Positions 1 through 8,006 of a stretch of 18,864 bases of DNA are shown here, in pieces. The DNA is taken from the IMG/VR virus record IMGVR_UViG_2693429676_000005; one strand, written 5' to 3'. The stretch comes from a virus. Lineage: Duplodnaviria; Heunggongvirae; Uroviricota; Caudoviricetes. Position 1 is the first letter of the stretch; each line of letters begins with the position of its first letter. The notes beneath the pieces were generated by a model. That model searched no databases, had not been told where the DNA came from, and saw only the letters and a list, made by a program, of their open reading frames with translations. A program made the translations under genes and the position numbers.

Positions 1-1
1 G

Positions 2-109
2 GCGAATTACCGTCTTATATCACTGGCGCTGACATCTCCGGATGACGGGGGCAGCTGTTATCTCTGGCTCAACCGTGGGCAACCACCCGCAGTTAACCGG
101 CGACGATAA
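2..109 (+). CDS. FII: 3' end of head-tail joining protein FII (5'-truncated by window edge)
   Basis: Frame 2 translates to ...TSPDDGGSCYLWLNRGQPPAVNRRR then TAA at 107-109, matching the recalled C-terminus of lambda FII (...SPDDGGSCHLWLGRGVPPAVNRRR). Sits immediately upstream of Z as in lambda. Confidence 0.6.
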   Translation, partial: ANYRLISLALTSPDDGGSCYLWLNRGQPPAVNRRR

Positions 110-123
110 ACGCAGGGTGAATT

Positions 124-699
124 ATGGCGATAAAAGGGCTTGATCAGGCGATTGACAATCTGAACCGGGTTCGTAAAAACGCCATTCCGGCTGCTTCTGC
201 AATGACCATTAACCGCGTGGCCACAACGGCGATTAATCAGTCTTCGTCACAGGTTGCCCGGGAAACCAGGGTGAGACGGAAACTGGTAAAGGAACGGTCC
301 AGACTGAAACGGGCGACGGTCAGAAATCCGAATGCCAGAATTATCGTTAACCGCGGTGATCTCCCTGTGATTAAGCTGGGGATCAGAATGCTGGGGCGTC
401 GTCCGAACAGCATACTCAAAGCCGGTCAGCATCGTTATCAGCGGGCATTTATCCAGCGATTAAATAATGGGCGCTGGCATGTTATGCAACGTCTTCCCCA
501 GGCCAGATATGAGGAGGGCAATGACGACAAGGGAAGGAAAAAGCGTAATCGCCTTCCCATTCAGGTGGTGAAAATCCCGATGGCGGCCCCACTGAAACAG
601 GCATTTGATGAGAATGTTGACCGTATCCGGCGTGAACGCCTGCCTAAAGAACTGGCATACGCGCTGAAACAACAACTGAGGATTGCGATAAAACGATGA
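124..699 (+). CDS. Z: minor tail protein Z (tail completion)
   Basis: 191-aa ORF; N-terminus MAIKGLDQAIDNL and C-terminus [22 protein letters not shown] closely match recalled lambda Z. Stop overlaps the U start (ATGA). Confidence 0.93.
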   Translation: MAIKGLDQAIDNLNRVRKNAIPAASAMTINRVATTAINQSSSQVARETRVRRKLVKERSRLKRATVRNPNARIIVNRGDLPVIKLGIRMLGRRPNSILKAGQHRYQRAFIQRLNNGRWHVMQRLPQARYEEGNDDKGRKKRNRLPIQVVKIPMAAPLKQAFDENVDRIRRERLPKELAYALKQQLRIAIKR

Positions 700-1091
700 A
701 ACACACTGACATTCGTGCCGCAGTGCTGGATGCACTCGAGCAGCATGAACACGGGGCGACGCTGTTTGATGGTCGCCCCGTTGTTTTTGACGAAGAGGAT
801 TTTCCTGCGATCGCGGTTTATCTGACGGATGCAGAGTATACCGGTGAAGAGCTGGATGCAGATACCTGGCGGGCCACACTGCATATTGAGGTGTTTTTAC
901 CGGCACAGGTACCTGATTCGGAGCTCGATCAGTGGATGGAAAGCCGGATTTATCCGGCGATGACTGCGATCCCTGCACTGGCAGGACTGATTACCACGAT
1001 GGTTACGCAGGGCTATGAGTATCGTCGTGATGACGATATGGCGTTATGGAGCTCTGCGGATCTGACTTATTCCATTACATACGAGATGTGA
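696..1091 (+). CDS. U: minor tail protein U (tail terminator)
   Basis: 131-aa [20 protein letters not shown]...[13 protein letters not shown], near-identical along its length to recalled lambda U. Confidence 0.93.
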   Translation: MKHTDIRAAVLDALEQHEHGATLFDGRPVVFDEEDFPAIAVYLTDAEYTGEELDADTWRATLHIEVFLPAQVPDSELDQWMESRIYPAMTAIPALAGLITTMVTQGYEYRRDDDMALWSSADLTYSITYEM

Positions 1092-1098
1092 GGACGAT

Positions 1099-1851
1099 AT
1101 GGCAACACCAAATCCCCTGGAGCCGGTAAAAGGTGCCGGTACCACTCTGTGGGTTTACAACGGCAAGGCTGATGCTTATGCAAACCCGTTGTCAGACGAT
1201 GACTGGCAGCGACTGGCTAAGGTGAAGGATCTGACGCCGGGCGAGATGACGGCTGAATCCTATGATGATAACTACCTGGATGATGAAGACGCGGACTGGA
1301 GCGCGACCGGGCAGGGGCAGAAATCTGCAGGTGATACCAGTTTTACGCTGGCCTGGAAACCGGGAGAGGAAGGCCAGAAAGGGCTTATAGGCTGGTTTGA
1401 AAGCGGCGATGTCCGGGCCTATAAAATCCGTTTTCCGAATGGCACGGTGGATGTGTTTCGTGGCTGGGTCAGCAGTATCGGTAAGGCCGTGACGGCGAAA
1501 GAAGTGATCACCCGCACGGTGAAAGTCACTAACGTGGGTAAACCTTCTGTAGCGGAAGAACGCAGCAAAATTACGCCGGTCAGTGCGATTAAGGTGACGC
1601 CGACATCCGGTACGGTGGCAAAAGGGAAAACAACCACCCTGACGGTTTCTTTTGAGCCGGAAAGTGCAACCGACAAGACGTTCAGAGCGGTTTCCGCCGA
1701 TCCGTCGAAAGCCACCATTAGTGTGAAAGATATGACAATTACGGTAAACGGCGTGGCGACAGGTAAGGTGCAGATCCCTGTGGTGAGCGGAAATGGTCAG
1801 TTCGCCGCAGTGGCTGAAGTCACCGTTACTGAAGCGGGCGCTGCAGGGTAA
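1099..1851 (+). CDS. V: major tail tube protein V with C-terminal Ig-like domain
   Basis: 250-aa ORF; [10 protein letters not shown]...[40 protein letters not shown] matches recalled lambda V. C-terminal part ([33 protein letters not shown]) is the Ig-like decoration domain. Confidence 0.93.
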   Translation: MATPNPLEPVKGAGTTLWVYNGKADAYANPLSDDDWQRLAKVKDLTPGEMTAESYDDNYLDDEDADWSATGQGQKSAGDTSFTLAWKPGEEGQKGLIGWFESGDVRAYKIRFPNGTVDVFRGWVSSIGKAVTAKEVITRTVKVTNVGKPSVAEERSKITPVSAIKVTPTSGTVAKGKTTTLTVSFEPESATDKTFRAVSADPSKATISVKDMTITVNGVATGKVQIPVVSGNGQFAAVAEVTVTEAGAAG

Positions 1852-1864
1852 ACGGAGGTAATAC

Positions 1865-2296
1865 ATGTTTCTGAAAACAGAACAATTTGAATATAACGGT
1901 GTGTCTGTCACGCTTTCCGAATTGTCTGCGCTGCAGCGTATCGAGCATCTTGCCCTCCTGAAACGGCGTGCAGAACAGGCAGAATCCAGCGGCAACCTGC
2001 AGGTAAGCGTGGAAGATCTCGTCAGAACCGGCGCGTTTCTGGTGGCGATGTCCCTGTGGCATAACCATCCACAGAAAACGCAGTCACCGTCAATGAATGA
2101 GGCCGTGATGAAGATAGAGCAGGAAGTGCTCACCACCTGGCCTGCCGATGCCATTGCCCGGGCGGAAGACGTGGTGTTGTGCCTGTCCGGGATGATCGAA
2201 GCTGTTCGTCCGGATACTGATATTACTGAAGTGGCGAAAAATAACACGCTGACTGATGATGATTTTTCTGCGGGAAAGTCTTCGACGGCGAGCTGA
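1865..2296 (+). CDS. G: tail assembly chaperone G
   Basis: 143-aa ORF, MFLKTEQFEYNGVSVTLSELSALQRIEHLALLKRRAEQAE..., matches recalled lambda G. Slippery heptamer GGGAAAG lies at 2272-2278 near its 3' end. Confidence 0.9.
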   Translation: MFLKTEQFEYNGVSVTLSELSALQRIEHLALLKRRAEQAESSGNLQVSVEDLVRTGAFLVAMSLWHNHPQKTQSPSMNEAVMKIEQEVLTTWPADAIARAEDVVLCLSGMIEAVRPDTDITEVAKNNTLTDDDFSAGKSSTAS

Positions 2297-2736
2297 ACTT
2301 TGCCCTCAGACTGGCGCGTGAGATGGGGAGACCCGACTGGCGCGCCATGCTTGCCGGGATGACATCCACCGAATATGCCGACTGGCGCCGTTTTTACCGC
2401 ACGCATTATTTTCAGGATACCCAGCTGGATATGCATTTTTCCGGGCTGACGTACGCTGTACTCAGCCTGTTTTTTTGCGATCCGGATATGCATCCCTCTG
2501 ATTTCAGTCTGCTTGTCCCCCGGCATGAGGAAGAGCAGGTGGAGAGGCCGGATGAGGACAAAATGCTGATGCAGAAAGCGGCAGGACTTGCCGGAGGCGT
2601 CCGGTTCGGTGGGGACGGAGGGCGCGATATTTTATCGTCTGCGGATGTGGCGGATGTCATGGTGGATGATGCCGCATTAATGATGGCTTCAGCGGGGATT
2701 CCGGGAGGTGTGAGATATGTCCCAGCCGGTTGGTGA
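2272..2736 (+). CDS. T: tail assembly protein T, made as a G-T fusion by -1 programmed frameshift
   Basis: Frame 1 is open from the slippery site and reads KVFDGELNFALRLAREMGRPDWRAMLAGMTSTEYADW..., matching recalled lambda T. It has no start codon or RBS of its own until M at 2323, and is -1 relative to G. Confidence 0.8.
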   Translation, partial: GKVFDGELNFALRLAREMGRPDWRAMLAGMTSTEYADWRRFYRTHYFQDTQLDMHFSGLTYAVLSLFFCDPDMHPSDFSLLVPRHEEEQVERPDEDKMLMQKAAGLAGGVRFGGDGGRDILSSADVADVMVDDAALMMASAGIPGGVRYVPAGW

Positions 2737-5307
2737 TCTTGTTATTGACCTGAGTCTGGATGCTGTCCGTTTCGATGAGCAGATGAGCCGGGTAAGGCGT
2801 CATTTTTCAGGTCTGGATACCGACGCCAGAAAAACCGCCAGTGCTGTTGAACAGGGCCTGAGCCGCCAGGCGCTGGCTGCACAAAAAGCCGGGATTTCCG
2901 TCGGGCAGTATAAAGCGGCCATGCGAACCCTGCCCGCACAGTTTACGGATATCGCCACGCAGCTTGCCGGTGGTCAGAATCCCTGGCTGATCCTGCTGCA
3001 ACAGGGCGGTCAGGTGAAGGACTCCTTCGGCGGGATGATCCCCATGTTCAGGGGGCTTGCCGATGCGATCACCCTGCCGATGGTCGGGGTCACCTCGCTG
3101 GCGGTGGCGACAGGTGCACTGGTGTACGCCTGGTACCAGGGAGATTCCACGCTTTCAGCGTTTAATAAAACCCTGGTTCTTTCCGGTAATCAGTCCGGAC
3201 TGACTGCCGATCGTATGCTGACTCTCTCAAGAGCCGGGCAGGCAGCAGGGCTGACGTTTAACCAGGCGAGAGAGTCACTGGCAGCCCTGGTGAATGCCGG
3301 TGTGCGTGGTGGTGAACAGTTTGATGCCATCAACCAGAGTGTCGCGCGTTTTGCGTCTGCATCCGGTGTGGAGGTGGATAAAGTCGCTGAAGCCTTCGGG
3401 AAGCTGACCACTGACCCGACGTCGGGACTGATGGCGATGGCGCGCCAGTTCCGTAACGTGACGGCAGAGCAGATTGCGTATGTTGCACAGCTGCAGCGTT
3501 CCGGAGACGAGGCCGGGGCATTGCAGGCGGCGAACGATATCGCCACGAAAGGCTTTGATGAGCAGACCCGTCGCCTGAAAGAAAACATGGGAACACTGGA
3601 GACCTGGGCGGATAAAACAGGGAAGGCATTCAAATCGATGTGGGATGCCATTCTGGATATCGGTCGTCCGGAATCCTCAGCGGATATGCTCGCCAGTGCG
3701 CAGAAGGCATTTGATGAGGCGGATAAAAAATGGCAGTGGTACCAGAGTCGGAGCCAGCGCCGCGGTAAAACCTCCTCTTTCCGGGCCAACCTTCAGGGCG
3801 CATGGGATGACCGGGAAAATGCCCGTCTGGGTCTGGCAGCGGCAACGCTGCAGTCGGATATGGAAAAAGCCGGTGAACTGGCGGCAAGGGACAGGGCTGA
3901 GCGTGAGTCGTCACAGCTGAAGTATACCGGAGAGGCGCAGAAGGCGTATGAGCGCCTGCTGACGCCACTGGAGAAATATACCGCCCGGCAGGAAGAGCTG
4001 AATAAGGCCCTGAAAGACGGGAAAATCCTGCAGGCGGATTACAACACGCTGATGGCGTCGGCAAAAAAGGATTATGAGTCGACGCAGAAAAAGCCGTCCG
4101 GTGTGAAGGTGTCTGCCGGTGAGCGCCAGGAAGACCAGGCGCATGCAGCCCTGCTGGCGCTTGAAACTGAGCTCAGGACGCTGGAGAAGCACAGCGGTGC
4201 GAATGAAAAAATCAGCCAGCAGCGCCGTGATTTATGGAAAGCGGAAAATCAGTATGTGGTCCTGAAAGAGGCCGCCACGAAACGGCAGTTATCTGAGCAG
4301 GAAAAATCCCTGCTGGCCCATGAGAAAGAAACGCTGGAGTACAAACGCCAGCTGGCTGAGCTGGGCGACAAGATTGAACACCAGAAACGGCTGAATGAGC
4401 TGGCACAGCAGGCGGCGCGGTTTGAACAGCAGCAGAGCGCGAAGCAGGCGGCAATCAGCGCAAAAGCCCGCGGACTCACCGACCGTCAGGCGCAGCGGGA
4501 GTCGGAAGAGCAGCGCCTTCGTGAGGTGTACGGTGATAATCCGGCTGCGCTGGCGAAGGCCACATCTGCACTGAAGAACACCTGGTCTGCGGAGGAGCAG
4601 CTTCGTGGAAGCTGGATGGCCGGGATGAAGTCCGGCTGGGGCGAGTGGGCGGAAAGTGCGACGGACAGTTTTTCGCAGGTTAAAAACGCGGCCACGCAGA
4701 CCTTTGACGGTATTGCACAGAATATGGCAGCGATGCTGATCGGCAGCGAACAGAACTGGCGTGGTTTCACCCGTTCTGTGCTGTCCATGCTGACAGAGAT
4801 TTTTCTGAAGCAGGCGATGGTGGGGATAGTCGGGAGTATCGGCAGCGCCATTGGCGGTGCTTTCGGTGGTGGTGCGTCTGCCTCCACGGGGACGGCCATT
4901 CAGGCTGCGGCGGCGAACTTCCATTTCGCGACCGGGGGATTTACGGGGACGGGGGGTAAATATGAACCTGCGGGGATTGTTCATCGCGGGGAGTTTGTCT
5001 TCACGAAGGAGGCGACCAGCCGGATTGGTGTCGGCAATCTGTACCGCCTGATGCGGGGCTATGCGGAAGGTGGTTATGTCGGCGGTGCCGGAAGTCCGGC
5101 GCAGATGCGGCGGGNNNNNNNNNNNNNNNNNNNNNAGGCATTAATTTTAATCAGAACAATCACGTGGTGATTCAGAACGACGGCCCCAACGGGCGGGCAG
5201 GGCCGCAGCTGATGAAAGCGGTGTATGAGATGGCCCGCAAGGGGGCACAGGATGAACTCCGGCTGCAGTTGCGTGATGGCGGTATGTTATCAGGGAGCGG
5301 TGGATGA
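2717..5307 (+). CDS. H: tail tape measure protein H (interrupted by a 21-N scaffold gap at 5115-5135)
   Basis: Long ORF starting MSQPVGDLVIDLSLDAVRF; start overlaps the T stop. After the N run the protein continues in another frame (GINFNQNNHVVIQNDG...LRDGGMLSGSGG) to TGA at 5305-5307, which overlaps the M start. The frame change means the N-run length is not the true gap length. Confidence 0.88.
5115..5135. other. scaffold gap (21 N) inside H
   Basis: Run of n in the sequence; reading frame differs on the two sides. Confidence 0.95.
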
Positions 5308-5633
5308 AAACCTTTCGCTGGAAAGTGAAGCCGGATATGGAGGTGAACTCGCAGCCATCGGTGCGTGAAGTGCGTTTTGGTGACGGGTACTCACAGCGTA
5401 TGGCGGCAGGGCTGAATGCTGACCTGAAAACATACAGGGTGACGCTTTCCGTGACCCGGGAGGAGGCCCGGCATCTGGAAGCGTTCCTGGCAGAGCACGG
5501 TGGCTGGAAGGCATTTTTGTGGAAGCCACCCTATGCATACCGGCAGATAAAGGTGACCTGTGCCGGGTGGTCTGCGCGGGTCGGGATGTTGCGCGTTGAG
5601 TTCAGCGCGGAGTTTAAGCAGGTGGTGAACTGA
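5304..5633 (+). CDS. M: minor tail protein M
   Basis: 109-aa ORF, MKTFRWKVKP...RVEFSAEFKQVVN, matches recalled lambda M. ATG overlaps H stop (ATGA). Confidence 0.93.
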   Translation: MKTFRWKVKPDMEVNSQPSVREVRFGDGYSQRMAAGLNADLKTYRVTLSVTREEARHLEAFLAEHGGWKAFLWKPPYAYRQIKVTCAGWSARVGMLRVEFSAEFKQVVN

Positions 5634-6331
5634 TGCAGGATATTCGCGAAGAAAGTCTGAACGAGTCGGTTAAGTCAGAGCAGTCACCGCGGGTGGTACT
5701 CTGGGAAATCGACCTGACGGTACAGGGTGGTGAGCGGTATTTTTTCTGTAATGAGCTGAATGAAAAAGGGGAGCCGGTCACCTGGCAGGGGCGTAAGTAT
5801 GAGGCATACCCGATTGACGGCAGCGGCTTTGAGATGAACGGCCGGGGCAGCAGTGCCAGACCGTCGCTGACGGTGTCCAATCTGTTCGGTCTGGTCACCG
5901 GGATGGCGGAAGACCTGCAGAGTCTGGTGGGGGCCACGGTGGTCCGCCGCCGGGTGTATGCCCGTTTTCTGGATGCGGTGAATTTCGTTGCGGGCAATCC
6001 GGAGGCGGACCCGGAGCAGGAGCTGAGTGACCGCTGGGTGGTGGAGCAGATGTCGCAGCTGACAGCCATGACGGCCTCGTTTGTGCTGGCTACACCGACC
6101 GAGACGGACGGGGCGCTGTTTCCCGGTCGCATCATGCTGGCGAACACCTGTATGTGGGATTACCGGGGAGATGAATGCGGGTATAACGGTCCTGCGGTGG
6201 CGGATGAGTTCGACAACCCCACCACGGATATCCGTAAGGACAGATGCAGCAAGTGCATGCGCGGGTGTGAACTGCGCAGGAATGTCGGCAATTTTGGCGG
6301 TTTCCTTTCCATTAATAAACTTTCGCAGTAA
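5633..6331 (+). CDS. L: minor tail protein L (tail tip, Fe-S cluster cysteines)
   Basis: 232-aa ORF, MQDIREESLNE...NVGNFGGFLSINKLSQ, matches recalled lambda L, including the C-terminal cysteine cluster (CMWDYRGDECGY...CSKCMRGC). Confidence 0.93.
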   Translation: MQDIREESLNESVKSEQSPRVVLWEIDLTVQGGERYFFCNELNEKGEPVTWQGRKYEAYPIDGSGFEMNGRGSSARPSLTVSNLFGLVTGMAEDLQSLVGATVVRRRVYARFLDAVNFVAGNPEADPEQELSDRWVVEQMSQLTAMTASFVLATPTETDGALFPGRIMLANTCMWDYRGDECGYNGPAVADEFDNPTTDIRKDRCSKCMRGCELRRNVGNFGGFLSINKLSQ

Positions 6332-6341
6332 ATCCCGGTTT

Positions 6342-7085
6342 ATGACACAGACTGAATCAGCGATTCTGGCACATGCCCGGCGGTGTGCGCCTGCGGAGTC
6401 GTGCGGCTTCGTGATAAGCACGCCGGAGGGGGAGCGGTATATCCCTTGTGTGAATATTTCCGCAGAGCCGGAGGCGTATTTTCGTATCGCACCGGAAGAC
6501 TGGCTGCGGGCAGAGATGCAGGGGGAGATTGTGGCACTGGTCCACAGTCATCCCGGTGGGCTGCCCTGGCTGAGCGAGGCTGACCGGCGGTTGCAGATAA
6601 AAAGCGCACTGCCCTGGTGGTTGGTCTGCCGGGGTGACATTCACAAATTCCGCTGTGTGCCACATCTGACAGGACGGCGCTTTGAGCACGGGGTGACGGA
6701 CTGTTACACGCTGTTCCGGGATGCTTATCATCTGGCGGGGACTGAAATGCCGGATTTTCATCGCGAGGATGACTGGTGGCGCAACGGTCAGAACCTTTAC
6801 CTGGACAATATGGCGGTCACCGGCTTTTACCGGGTGCCCCTGTCCTCTGCACAGGCGGGCGATATTCTGCTGTGCTGCTTTGGTGCTTCGGTACCGAACC
6901 ATGCCGCCATTTACTGCGGCAACGGTGAGCTGCTTCACCATCTGCCTGAACAACTGAGTAAACGGGAGAGGTATTCCGAAAAATGGCAACGACGAACGCA
7001 TTCAGTCTGGCGTCACCGCCACTGGCACGCATCTGCCTTCACGGGGATTTACAACGATTTGGCCGCCGCCTCAGCCTGTATGTGA
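6342..7085 (+). CDS. K: tail tip assembly protein K (JAMM/MPN plus NlpC/P60 domains)
   Basis: The ORF-track frame is open from 6081, but the lambda-K-like N-terminus MTQTESAILAHARRCAPAESCGF starts at ATG 6342, just after the L stop. JAMM motif HSHPGGLPWLSEAD (H-x-H-x7-S-x2-D) is visible, and an NlpC/P60-like Cys/His pair (GVTDCYTLF ... NHAAIY). 3' end overlaps I by about 100 nt. Confidence 0.85.
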   Translation: MTQTESAILAHARRCAPAESCGFVISTPEGERYIPCVNISAEPEAYFRIAPEDWLRAEMQGEIVALVHSHPGGLPWLSEADRRLQIKSALPWWLVCRGDIHKFRCVPHLTGRRFEHGVTDCYTLFRDAYHLAGTEMPDFHREDDWWRNGQNLYLDNMAVTGFYRVPLSSAQAGDILLCCFGASVPNHAAIYCGNGELLHHLPEQLSKRERYSEKWQRRTHSVWRHRHWHASAFTGIYNDLAAASACM

Positions 7086-7663
7086 ACACGGCAGCGGAAG
7101 CCATTCGCGCCCTGTCGATGCAGATGCCGGGCTTTCGCCGTCAGATGAACGAAGGCTGGTACCAGATACGTATTGCCGGTTATGACACGGCACCGGAGGC
7201 GGTGTACGCCCGTCTTCACGAACAGCTGGGTGAGGGAACGGTCATCCACATTGTGCCGCGACTGGCCGGGGCCGGAAAGGGTGGACTGCAGATTGTGCTG
7301 GGGGCGGCAGCCATCGTGGGCTCTTTCTTCACTGCCGGGGCATCAATGGCGTTATGGGGTTCAGCCCTGGCAGCCGGTGGTTTTTCTGCCACCACGATGC
7401 TGTTTTCACTTGGAGCCAGCATGATTCTGGGCGGTGTGGCCCAGATGCTGGCCCCGAAGGCAAAAACACCGGATTACCGCGCAACGGATAACGGCAGACA
7501 GAACACGTACTTTTCCTCACTGGATAACATGATTGCCCAGGGGAACCCGATGCCGGTGCCTTACGGGGAAATGCTGGTTGGCTCCCGCCGTATATCCCAG
7601 GACATCAGCACCCGTGATGAAGGCGGGGGCGGAAAGGTCGTGGTTATCGGGCGGCAGGGGTAA
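6983..7663 (+). CDS. I: tail tip assembly protein I
   Basis: 226-aa ORF; ARICLHGDLQRFGRR...YQIRIAGYD...NTYFSSLDNMIAQGN...VVVIGRQG matches recalled lambda I. Confidence 0.9.
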   Translation: MATTNAFSLASPPLARICLHGDLQRFGRRLSLYVNTAAEAIRALSMQMPGFRRQMNEGWYQIRIAGYDTAPEAVYARLHEQLGEGTVIHIVPRLAGAGKGGLQIVLGAAAIVGSFFTAGASMALWGSALAAGGFSATTMLFSLGASMILGGVAQMLAPKAKTPDYRATDNGRQNTYFSSLDNMIAQGNPMPVPYGEMLVGSRRISQDISTRDEGGGGKVVVIGRQG

Positions 7664-7671
7664 AAAGAATA

Positions 7672-7767
7672 AAAAAATCCCGCAGTGATCGCGGACAGGA
7701 ACTGCGGGAGAGTTACGAAGATTAAGTGTAAGGAATTATTCTTATATCACGACAAAAAAATTAACGC
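7672..7767 (-). ncRNA. candidate small RNA (about 95 nt) in the I-J intergenic insert
   Basis: - strand promoter (-35 TTCACA, 16-bp spacer, perfect -10 TATAAT at 7779-7774) followed about 100 nt downstream by the intrinsic terminator at 7679-7708. No ATG-initiated ORF in the interval. Prediction from sequence only. Confidence 0.35.
7679..7708 (-). terminator. intrinsic terminator for leftward transcription (hairpin then U-tract)
   Basis: Stem CCCGCAGT (7679-7686) pairs with ACTGCGGG (7701-7708). On the - strand the hairpin is followed by TTTTTTTATTCTTTTT (complement of 7661-7678). Confidence 0.6.
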
Positions 7768-7773
7768 AGAGAA

Positions 7774-7801
7774 ATTATACGCGCCACAGTCAGTTTGTGA
7801 A
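7774..7801 (-). promoter_or_regulatory. sigma70-type promoter on - strand
   Basis: - strand reads TTCACA (7801-7796), 16 nt, TATAAT (7779-7774). Confidence 0.5.
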
Positions 7802-7874
7802 AATGTGAAGATATTCAGAATTTTTATGCCATTACCGGTTTTAACCAACAGGATTATCGGTGGGCATGAAAGAA

Positions 7875-7902
7875 AACCCCGGTATCTGCTGATACCGGGG
7901 TT
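7875..7902. terminator. GC-rich perfect hairpin with T-rich flanks on both strands (bidirectional terminator-like)
   Basis: AACCCCGGTATC / tgct / GATACCGGGGTT, 12-bp stem. Followed by TCTCTTT on + and TTTTCTTTC on -. Confidence 0.45.
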
Positions 7903-8006
7903 TCTCTTTAGCATGGCAGAAATGTGTTTCATGCTTTTCGGGCGAAGGATATCCGACTTCTGTACGGAATGGCAAGTGGCGGTTAATTTATTCAGGGGAA
8001 GGCTGT

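Noticed and set aside
460-978. 172-aa and 107-aa ORFs on the - strand
   Set aside because: Antisense to Z and U, which match lambda proteins along their whole length.
1192-2526. 444-aa ORF on the - strand
   Set aside because: Antisense to the well-supported V and G genes; Arg/Cys-rich low-complexity translation typical of an open antisense frame in GC-rich coding DNA.
3190-4984. Several 99-231 aa ORFs on the - strand and a 91-aa + strand alternative-frame ORF
   Set aside because: All lie inside the tape measure gene H; Arg/Pro/Ser-rich junk translations.
6081-6341. 5' extension of the K reading frame (ORF track starts at 6081)
   Set aside because: This stretch overlaps the 3' end of L in another frame. 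The lambda-K-like N-terminus begins at ATG 6342, directly after the L stop.
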